A stretch of 43,197 nucleotides of DNA from a virus (taxonomy: Duplodnaviria; Caudoviricetes), in the IMG/VR virus record IMGVR_UViG_3300034388_000016, positions 1-43,197 of that record. One strand, written 5' to 3'. The position numbers and the translations under genes were made by a program. The notes below the pieces were generated by a model. The model was not told the DNA's origin. It was given only the letters and a program-made list of their open reading frames with translations, and ran no database searches. The number at the start of each line of letters is the position of its first letter. Position 1 is the stretch's first letter. Below, in pieces: positions 35,296-42,787 of the stretch.

Positions 35296-35921
35296 AGAAT
35301 GTCCACACTTAGCTCAGTTGGGAGACGCCGCGGCGCACGAGTTGCCTGCTGGCGAGGAACACTCAGCACATCAAGGCGATCAGCAGCGCGCTCCACATCC
35401 GTGATGGCAGGAAGTGCGCCTGTAGGAATCTTGCCCGTACCAGCACGAGCTGCCAAGATGCTATCAAGGCTGGAAACAGTTGCTGAGATCATGGTCTTTC
35501 CTTCTACTTCCACGATTTCATTGCGTGTGTTGGTAATGTAGTTTACGATGTTCTGCGCTGGCAGCGTCAGATTCACATTGATGGTCGTGCTCGCGTTTGC
35601 GGCGCCCGGGAGCGAGGCGTCTCGCCGCTTCTTGGCACCATTGAGCGTGCGAAATGCCATCATGGCCTGGCCCAAACTTGCGAAGTGCAGATTCTTCTCG
35701 ATGCGTTCGAGGGCTTTCTGCTCTGCTGTCTGGAGAAGGTCATCAAAGGCAATATCTGCAGCTGTGAGAGATGCTGCCTGCTTGCTGACTTCTGCCTGAA
35801 TCTCAGGATCAGCTTTGAGTTGACTGATATAGCTCTCATCCACGCCGAGAGCAGCAGCGATCTGCACTCCAGGGATGCCCTGTGCAATCATGGTGATGAT
35901 CTGCTCTTTGTTAAGATTCAC
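35292..35921 (-). CDS. terS: Terminase small subunit (putative)
   Basis: N-terminal HTH (QIAAALGVDESYISQL); AAGGAG RBS with GTG start; overlaps terL. Confidence 0.7.
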   Translation of the reverse strand: MNLNKEQIITMIAQGIPGVQIAAALGVDESYISQLKADPEIQAEVSKQAASLTAADIAFDDLLQTAEQKALERIEKNLHFASLGQAMMAFRTLNGAKKRRDASLPGAANASTTINVNLTLPAQNIVNYITNTRNEIVEVEGKTMISATVSSLDSILAARAGTGKIPTGALPAITDVERAADRLDVLSVPRQQATRAPRRLPTELSVDIL

Positions 35922-36007
35922 TTTGTGGCTCCTTGCTCTCTATGCTTCGTCCAGTTTGCGGCCCGCTGGCGCGCTGGCGCCGCACCGCTTGCATACGTGT
36001 TAAGGAG

Positions 36008-36045
36008 ATTATGCCGCAAAGCGTGCTGGCTGCATGGGAGCTAAT
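36008..36045 (-). promoter_or_regulatory. Putative late promoter of the packaging/structural operon
   Basis: Minus strand ATTAG-27 nt-CATAAT upstream of terS; poor -35. Confidence 0.45.
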
Positions 36046-36193
36046 CTTGCTGCACGGCTGCTAGTTGGTGAGGCAAGCGGAGTCTGCTAAGCAGGTGGCC
36101 AAGTACGCTAGTTGCAAATGGCGGAGCCAGGAGGTGTGAAAAAGTTTAGAAAATTTTGGAAGGTGCCATAGGATAATTAAGCCCAGCACGTTT

Positions 36194-36219
36194 AAAAGGG
36201 GGTTGCCCCCCCCTCTTTT
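36194..36219 (-). terminator. Terminator separating the early minus-strand genes from the late operon
   Basis: Minus strand GGGGG-GCAA-CCCCC-TTTT. Confidence 0.6.
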
Positions 36220-36232
36220 CTTTGCCTTGGTA

Positions 36233-36418
36233 TCAATGCGCTAGATATGCAGCATCTCGCGTTAGTCCCATCATGTCCTCGCACAATGTCTGCTGCATTA
36301 TGGCAATGAATTCCACTAACACGGCCTCCAATTGTGCGGCGGGCATGTCTGGGATTTCTGCTGTACCTTCTGCACTGATGCGGTGTCCGTCTGCACTGAT
36401 AGAGAATGTCAATTTCAT
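36233..36418 (-). CDS. Small hypothetical protein (61 aa)
   Basis: AAGGAG RBS before ATG at 36418. Confidence 0.6.
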   Translation of the reverse strand: MKLTFSISADGHRISAEGTAEIPDMPAAQLEAVLVEFIAIMQQTLCEDMMGLTRDAAYLAH

Positions 36419-36513
36419 GATGCTAACTCCTTGTTTGTCTGGTTTGTCTTGCAAGCCCTGCCAGCGTTGCCACTGGCAGAGCATTACAGATTAGAGCATG
36501 TCGCCTCGCGGCA

Positions 36514-37167
36514 TCAGAGCATATCCATATCCACCACCTCGACACGGTTGGGCCGGTTCTTAATGGCTTCGATGCGGCGCACGATGAAGCTGCCGAAGTC
36601 AGTGGTCAGATCGCTGGGTTCCATCTTGGCGAGGATCAGATCGAGGTCTTGCGGCGTGTAGCTGCTCGTCTTGCCTGCCATCTTGGTGATGAGGCTCTCG
36701 TAGTGAGCGACCGCCTTGCGGAAGGCGGCGTTAGCTGCATAGTTCGGAGACTTCACCCACTTGGCGCGGGTGGCGCTGTTCCTCCAGGCTTGCTCCAATT
36801 CCTCCTTGTTCATCCAGTCGCTATTAGCGCCAGTAGCTTCGTCAATCAGAGCAGCTTCGCAAAACAGGCCAGCGTCCAGCGTAGAGGGCCAAACACTGTA
36901 GCTACTCAGCTGCTTAGAAATGATGGCCTTAGCTGCGCTATCCAGTACGGCTTCGAGAATGGCGCGATAGTTCTCAGGCACGCCACTAGCTGACAGGTTA
37001 TGCCAAGCCGTAGCCGGGATGTTCAGATAAGCGGCGCGTGCTGGGTTCTTGAAGCGTGCAACAATGGCGCGCGTGACAGTGCCATCAATGCCTTGTTGTG
37101 CCGCCTCGTTAATGGCGAGTTCTTGCGAAGTGTTTACTTTGATCTGATTTGCGGTAGTCATGGTCAT
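36514..37167 (-). CDS. Hypothetical protein (217 aa)
   Basis: AGGA RBS, own promoter, strong codon bias. Confidence 0.85.
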   Translation of the reverse strand: MTMTTANQIKVNTSQELAINEAAQQGIDGTVTRAIVARFKNPARAAYLNIPATAWHNLSASGVPENYRAILEAVLDSAAKAIISKQLSSYSVWPSTLDAGLFCEAALIDEATGANSDWMNKEELEQAWRNSATRAKWVKSPNYAANAAFRKAVAHYESLITKMAGKTSSYTPQDLDLILAKMEPSDLTTDFGSFIVRRIEAIKNRPNRVEVVDMDML

Positions 37168-37228
37168 TTTTCCTAGTGCCTCGGGTTGATAAGAATTTCA
37201 GCAATAGAGGCGTCTTGCTGGTGTAGAT

Positions 37229-37257
37229 ATTATCGGTGCTGGCTTGCCATTTTTCAA
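37229..37257 (-). promoter_or_regulatory. sigma70 promoter (leftward early)
   Basis: Minus strand TTGAAA-17 nt-GATAAT. Confidence 0.65.
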
Positions 37258-37936
37258 GCGATTTATTCATCATCTTTTCTTATAGGTTTCGCTTGTCTGC
37301 CTTATCTATCAATTATCAGCACTCGCTTATATTATCTTCCACGAATATGCAATGTCGCTTATATGCAATGTCACGAATATAATTGTTGATGAACATAAGT
37401 TGCGAAGAATATTAGCAGTGATGAATATAATTAAGTGCTTATTTACAACACTTTCAAGGCCAAGATTTGCTTTGCACGCTACGAGAACTAAACGGTCATA
37501 TTTAAGCTTCTCAACAAGTGGAAAATTTGGATTGATAAAATTGCCATGTCAAATCTGACAAGGGCATGGTCCACCCCTACCCCAAACCGTCAATAGTTAT
37601 AGTCTAGAGCTATGCCAATAACCAAGATACTCTTGATGGTTTCTTATACCCCCCTAGCAAAATTTTCTCTTATATATTTCTAGTCTATAATTTCTATCAT
37701 TTTCAAATTTGATACCCCCTATAGAAAACAAGGACAGTAGACACACAAGCATCCTAACTGATGAGTATGCATGCAATGCCTGCTGCCAACTCGTCTGAGT
37801 GATAGGTAAGTAAACTGCATGGATTGACGGTTTGGCCCCCACCCGGCAGGGGTGCCTGTCAAGTTTGCCATGGCATTTTTAGCTCACCATTTTTCCCACT
37901 TATCTACGCTCTCTTATCTACTCACTTATTATCTGC
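37258..37936. other. AT-rich non-coding control region between the divergent arms (candidate origin or genome end)
   Basis: No credible ORF, low GC, short repeats (ATACCCCC twice, CTTATCTAC twice), flanked by outward-facing promoters. Confidence 0.6.
37323..37450. repeat. Degenerate tandem array, about 8 units with a 16-bp period
   Basis: Units: tcgcttatattatctt / ccacgaatatgcaatg / tcgcttatatgcaatg / tcacgaatataattgt / tgatgaacataagttg / cgaagaatattagcag / tgatgaatataattaa / gtgcttatttacaaca. Confidence 0.7.
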
Positions 37937-37964
37937 TTGACATGCATCCCAGCCGTGCTATACT
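37937..37964 (+). promoter_or_regulatory. Strong sigma70 early promoter
   Basis: TTGACA-16 nt-TATACT with TGn extended -10. Confidence 0.8.
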
Positions 37965-38038
37965 TCTCACTTCTCACAGTTTAATCAGGCAGTCCAGCCA
38001 CTTAGCTAAACCCACCATTTCTAGGGAAAGGAAATATC

Positions 38039-38452
38039 ATGAGCTTACCTAAAGGCATATATACTAAGGTAGATCGTCAAGGCAATGTCACATTTGCTGT
38101 GCGCTTCATGCGAGAAGGGGTCAAGATTAACCTTGGCACATTCTTCACAGCTAAGAAGGCCATAGAAGCTAAGCTTGCATGGGAGCACAAAGATAGCCTT
38201 AAGCATCTGACAGGAGAAGTTAGCATAAACTGGCCCGCCGCTGATAGCATAAGCAGTCTAGGCAGCCTTGAATCTATCAAGCAGGAAGCTGGAGACGCCT
38301 CCGCCGAGCAGCATCCACAGTTTGAAGAGTTCATCAGCTTGCTTGAATCTGTTGATCCCTCCTCACTGCCTTGGCATCAAGAGGCAGTAGTTAGTGGTGT
38401 AAGCATCCCTGCCAATGTAGTTACTTATTTCCAGAATCGCATGTTCTCCTAA
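38039..38452 (+). CDS. AP2-like DNA-binding domain protein (137 aa)
   Basis: PKGIY...FAVRF...KINLGTFFTAKKAIEAK matches the AP2 three-strand-plus-helix pattern; acidic C-terminal half; no HNH domain. Confidence 0.65.
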   Translation: MSLPKGIYTKVDRQGNVTFAVRFMREGVKINLGTFFTAKKAIEAKLAWEHKDSLKHLTGEVSINWPAADSISSLGSLESIKQEAGDASAEQHPQFEEFISLLESVDPSSLPWHQEAVVSGVSIPANVVTYFQNRMFS

Positions 38453-38518
38453 TCTTTCGTGCTGTCACTACGCCGTCAAGCAAACAACTAGCAAGCATAA
38501 AATAATATGAAATAATTC

Positions 38519-38546
38519 TTGCAATTACAAGAGCAGCGTTTATACT
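38519..38546 (+). promoter_or_regulatory. sigma70 early promoter with AT-rich UP element
   Basis: TTGCAA-16 nt-TATACT preceded by ATAAAATAATATGAAATAATT. Confidence 0.7.
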
Positions 38547-38616
38547 ATATGAGTTCCCCGGCGCATGCGCCATTGCTATTTTCTTTCCTCATTCTTTCTA
38601 CTGGAGAAGGTAATAT

Positions 38617-40515
38617 ATGACAAGCATCCATCCTAACCCAAGAGTCGCTGCACTCATTGAAGAAGCTCGCCGCAAGCATGCGCTTCTCGCTGCTGAGAAA
38701 GCAGAGAAAGCAGCCAAGCAAGCAGAGCAGCAAGCATCCGGCCAAAGGCCGCCGGCGTCGCCACTTGCTTTGCAACTCTCTGAGCAATCTGCCGAGCAAG
38801 CTGCTGCCAGCCAAGATGAGCAAATAACTGAGAAGGCAGCGCCAGCAGCTAAGCGCCATCACCTCCTTGATATGATGCAGTCAAGCTCTGCGCTGACATT
38901 CAATGATAAACAACGCGAAGCGTTGGAGGCTGGCTTGAAAGGTGAGAGCTTCTGCCTTATCGGCGCCGCCGGAACAGGCAAGACAACAGTCACGCAAGAA
39001 CTCATTTCTCTTCTCCAACAGAGCAGCCATGTCTTGCCAATTGCTGAGCCTACAAAGCATCTTGTCAAGGATAATCCTGGCATCGTAATTGTTGGCTTTA
39101 CAAATAAGGCAGTCAACAACATCAAGAAGAAGCTGCCTGCTCACTTGCAAGCACACTGCATCACCATCCATAAGCTGCTTGAATATCAGCCTGTCTATTA
39201 CGAAGTGCCCGGCGAAGATGGCAACATCCGAACAACTATGCGCTTTGAGCCAGCAAGGAACGGTGCCAATCCTCTTCCCCACATCAGCACGCTTATCATT
39301 GAAGAGAGCAGCATGGTAGGAACTGACCTATATGGAGAGGTTATCAATGCTCTTGCTAACCCAGCAAGAACGCAGATCATCTTCCTTGGCGATCTGAATC
39401 AGATTCCTCCTGTCTTTGGCCCTAGCATCCTTGGCTTCAAGCTAGCTGAACTCAAGACCGTAGAGTTGACGCACGTTTATCGTCAGGCGCTGCTCTCTCC
39501 AATTATCAGCCTTGCCACCGCGGTGCGTCTCAATTCTCAACCCTCTACGGCTAGCAGTGCTGCAACTAGTAAGAATGCGGCGCCAGCCGGCGAAGAGAAG
39601 AGCTGGCACGAAACAGCTAGCATGACCGTACCATCCTTGCTGACTGAGAAGATTGTCATTGACCGCGAAGATCATGGCAAGCTAACCATTCATCCTTGGA
39701 AGAAGCGAGTCAGCAACACCAGTGCCATTACTTTCATGAAGAGCTTCCTTCCTACCATGATTGAGGCTGGCACCTATGACCCAGAAGCTGACATGATCTT
39801 GTGCCCATTTAACAAGAGCTTCGGAACAGTCGAGCTAAACAAGATCATTGCAGATCATCTTGGCAAGAAGCGAGGAGAGCTGGTCTATGAAGTTATAGCT
39901 CGCTATGTGAAGAGCTATTGGGCAGTAGGTGACCGTGTCATGGTTGATCGCCATGAAGCAATCATCACTAAGATTCAGCGTACAGTAGGTTACGCTGGCA
40001 AGCTGCCAAGAACAGAAAGCAAGACGCTTGATCGTTGGGGCTTTGATCCTGAGAGCGACACGCCCAGCCATGAGATGACAGCAGACGAGATTCTGAATCA
40101 GCTTGATAACCTTGCTGCTGATGATGAAGGAAAGAATCTGGCAAGCCATGAGATTCATGTCTACATCCCTGACACGGATGAACGCAAGATTCTTAATACT
40201 GCCGGGGACATTAACCAGATGTTGTTTGGCTACGCCATCACCATTCACAAGAGCCAAGGCTCTGAGTGGCAAAAAGTGTTCCTCTTCCTGCATAACAGCC
40301 ATGCTACCATGCTTTCCCGAGAACTCATTTATACTGGTGTCACCCGTGCCAAGCATGAACTCTATATCATTTGTGAAGGAGACATTAAACCCTACGAGAA
40401 CAGTTTGAAGCGAGCCGCCGAACGGCCTATCATCCCAGGAACCTCGCTAGCTGAGAAGATCAGCTACTTCCGAGGCAAGGCACTTACTATGAAGTCTCTC
40501 GCAGAGAGTGAATGA
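38617..40515 (+). CDS. SF1B helicase, RecD/Dda-like
   Basis: Q motif, GAAGTGKTT, FTNKA, TIHKLL, IIEESSM, LGDLNQIPPV, YRQ, YAITIHKSQGSEW, YTGVTRA. Confidence 0.93.
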   Translation: MTSIHPNPRVAALIEEARRKHALLAAEKAEKAAKQAEQQASGQRPPASPLALQLSEQSAEQAAASQDEQITEKAAPAAKRHHLLDMMQSSSALTFNDKQREALEAGLKGESFCLIGAAGTGKTTVTQELISLLQQSSHVLPIAEPTKHLVKDNPGIVIVGFTNKAVNNIKKKLPAHLQAHCITIHKLLEYQPVYYEVPGEDGNIRTTMRFEPARNGANPLPHISTLIIEESSMVGTDLYGEVINALANPARTQIIFLGDLNQIPPVFGPSILGFKLAELKTVELTHVYRQALLSPIISLATAVRLNSQPSTASSAATSKNAAPAGEEKSWHETASMTVPSLLTEKIVIDREDHGKLTIHPWKKRVSNTSAITFMKSFLPTMIEAGTYDPEADMILCPFNKSFGTVELNKIIADHLGKKRGELVYEVIARYVKSYWAVGDRVMVDRHEAIITKIQRTVGYAGKLPRTESKTLDRWGFDPESDTPSHEMTADEILNQLDNLAADDEGKNLASHEIHVYIPDTDERKILNTAGDINQMLFGYAITIHKSQGSEWQKVFLFLHNSHATMLSRELIYTGVTRAKHELYIICEGDIKPYENSLKRAAERPIIPGTSLAEKISYFRGKALTMKSLAESE

Positions 40516-40534
40516 TAAATAAGGAAACATTACT

Positions 40535-41704
40535 ATGATTCAAGAAACCAACCAAGCAAATCAAGCAAGCATGCCAACTAGCAGTTTGCCTACCAAGCAT
40601 GTCTATTGCTATCGCTCCGGCGTCTTGCTTGCAGAAGTCAAGGCACTCTGTTCTAATGGCTGGCCCTTCCTCAACGCTGGCGCCTTGAATGAAATGTACC
40701 ATCCGGTCTACTCCTACCCGCTGGAGAAGCTGCTTGTCCGTATCAAGGAACAGCTGCTTGCCGCAGAGCAGACAGACTGGAGCTTGACAGATCGTGAGAT
40801 GCAAGAGATTGCATTGAGCATGTCAGCTATCATGTATGGCATTGATGGCATGTGGCAACCTCATGCAGATGCCCATCATAAACTGGAAGCAACACTGCCC
40901 AATCATGGTGTGGTGGTTGGCAGCGCCGCGCGCCTGCTCAACTTGGCAAGCTGGTACCACTACGCAACAAGCAAGCGCATGAGCTTTCCTCTCTACCGCC
41001 CCAGCAAGCTCAACGATAACACGGACTGGAAGAACTTTGGTGCTTGGCTGGATGATGCGCTCTCCATCAAAGAAGAGTGGGAAGCAGGAAGAACTCAGCA
41101 CGAGCGTGATGAACTGCTCAAACGCAGGACTGAAGCATTGCTGACTGTCAAAGCTGAGAATGTCTACAAGCGCATTGACTTCAACAAGGTCTGGAACTGG
41201 ATTGATATTCAACTCGTTCAGGATGGCCGCTATCCGCTGGGAAGAAGAGAAACATTCAAGACCATCTTTATGAAGGGAGACACCAGTCCTGAAGATTGGA
41301 TTCTTGATGATGTTGAAGACTTGCAGCTTGCCATTATTGAGTGCTGCGACACTGGCAACGAGATCACCTTCTTCATCAACAGCAGACTCAACGCTATCAA
41401 GTCAATCATCCAAGATTTCTACTCTAGCTTCACGCTCTTGACTCACAGCGTAACAGATACGGTAGCAACTCAGGTGATGACCTCGAATGAGCAAGCCAAG
41501 ACCAATGAGTTCTTCGCCACGTATGACAAGAAGCTGGCAGACCTTGCAGCTAATGGCTTGAGCTTGCCGTCGGCGCCGAAGCGTGAGCAGTTTGCCAGCT
41601 TGGCCTTGTTCCTCAAAGCGCAGGCAGAATGGAACATCTTGAATCGTAGGAAGCAAGCGCTTGACAAAGCAGCAACTGCTACTCAGCAAGGAGAGCAAGC
41701 ATGA
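40535..41704 (+). CDS. Hypothetical protein (389 aa)
   Basis: AAGGA RBS; long ORF with typical codon usage. Confidence 0.85.
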   Translation: MIQETNQANQASMPTSSLPTKHVYCYRSGVLLAEVKALCSNGWPFLNAGALNEMYHPVYSYPLEKLLVRIKEQLLAAEQTDWSLTDREMQEIALSMSAIMYGIDGMWQPHADAHHKLEATLPNHGVVVGSAARLLNLASWYHYATSKRMSFPLYRPSKLNDNTDWKNFGAWLDDALSIKEEWEAGRTQHERDELLKRRTEALLTVKAENVYKRIDFNKVWNWIDIQLVQDGRYPLGRRETFKTIFMKGDTSPEDWILDDVEDLQLAIIECCDTGNEITFFINSRLNAIKSIIQDFYSSFTLLTHSVTDTVATQVMTSNEQAKTNEFFATYDKKLADLAANGLSLPSAPKREQFASLALFLKAQAEWNILNRRKQALDKAATATQQGEQA

Positions 41705-41973
41705 TCCGCAATCTTACTCAGTTCCTTATCATCAACACAGGCTGGGCACCCGGCGTCATTAGCCGCTTCGTAACTCCTTGCGACAAGCATAAGGAAGATC
41801 AGCTTCTTGAGATCATCAATGCTGCCTTTGATGCTGGTCGCGCTGCCGGTGCTGAGGAGACAAGGCAAGAAGTCTTGCGAGAGCTTGGCCCTATGCTACA
41901 AGCTGCCAACGTAACAATTGACAGGCCAACTTACAAACAATGCAGCGAGCAATGCAGAGAGCAAGGAGAATAA
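41701..41973 (+). CDS. Hypothetical protein (90 aa)
   Basis: AGGAG RBS, ATGA overlap. Confidence 0.7.
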   Translation: MIRNLTQFLIINTGWAPGVISRFVTPCDKHKEDQLLEIINAAFDAGRAAGAEETRQEVLRELGPMLQAANVTIDRPTYKQCSEQCREQGE

Positions 41974-41975
41974 GC

Positions 41976-42362
41976 ATGAGCCTCTTCACTAAAGTGCATG
42001 ATCGTCAGCGTACTCAGCTGGCATACAAGGTAAACTACTATCCGTGGCAAGTTCTTCCCGCTGCTGCCAAGGAGCTTATCGTGTGGCGCCGCGGCCTTAT
42101 CCTCACCAAGAGCATGATTGTTGCAGGCTTGTCTGATGATCTGACAACCTTCACATTCAAGCAGCGTCCGTACAAAGTTGTCTGGGCTTACAACAACACT
42201 CCAACGGAAGATGAATGGAACAAGAAATCTGACAACTTCCACATGCATGTTGATCTGCGTTGCAGTCCTGCCATCCCTGAATTTGCAGTTGCTGTCCTCG
42301 ACTTCCAACTTGCAGATACCGCAGTTGCCAACCTTATTGCTACCAAACAAGCCAGCCAGTAA
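41976..42362 (+). CDS. Hypothetical protein (128 aa)
   Basis: AAGGAG RBS before ATG at 41976. Confidence 0.75.
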   Translation: MSLFTKVHDRQRTQLAYKVNYYPWQVLPAAAKELIVWRRGLILTKSMIVAGLSDDLTTFTFKQRPYKVVWAYNNTPTEDEWNKKSDNFHMHVDLRCSPAIPEFAVAVLDFQLADTAVANLIATKQASQ

Positions 42363-42398
42363 CCCAACCAGCTCAGCTGAGAAAGAAAGGAACACACC

Positions 42399-42632
42399 AT
42401 GATTATCATCCTCTATCCCCACGAAGACTTGGCAGCTACACTGCTTGAAGCAAAGAACGCAATACGAACTGACCGCGCAACCACTGTTACTGTCTATCAG
42501 CAGCTTGGTGATACGTTGCTTCAGTTTGTGGTAGCGGAAGATGCTCACGTACGTGGGCTTGCTGCTGTCTCAGCAACTGCGCATGCAAACAGCACTCTCA
42601 CTATTGCCCTTGCCCCCAATAAGAAGGAATAA
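42399..42632 (+). CDS. Hypothetical protein (77 aa)
   Basis: AAAGGA RBS. Confidence 0.65.
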   Translation: MIIILYPHEDLAATLLEAKNAIRTDRATTVTVYQQLGDTLLQFVVAEDAHVRGLAAVSATAHANSTLTIALAPNKKE

Positions 42633-42663
42633 CGGCAAGCATAAACTAATAAGCGCATACCCC

Positions 42664-42691
42664 TTGACATCGCCTCGGGGTGTGTTAAAGT
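42664..42691 (+). promoter_or_regulatory. sigma70 promoter for the 213-aa junction-spanning gene
   Basis: TTGACA-16 nt-TAAAGT with TGn extension. Confidence 0.7.
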
Positions 42692-42787
42692 AATAACTCA
42701 CTGGCCGGGAACACCAGACAAAGTTCCCAATCCCTGTAACCATCGCAAGCAAACAAGTAAGTCTTGCAACCAACCGGAGAAACCAAA

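Noticed and set aside
37323-37450. Mini-CRISPR array
   Set aside because: The 16-bp period and degenerate units leave no room for conserved repeats with unique spacers
37186-38052. Short ORFs in the AT-rich region (37186, 37352, 37654, 37852)
   Set aside because: No RBS, atypical composition, and they overlap promoters and repeats
42701-42728. preQ1-type riboswitch
   Set aside because: The size is similar, but the preQ1-I loop consensus and A-rich 3' tail arrangement are absent and no queuosine genes are present
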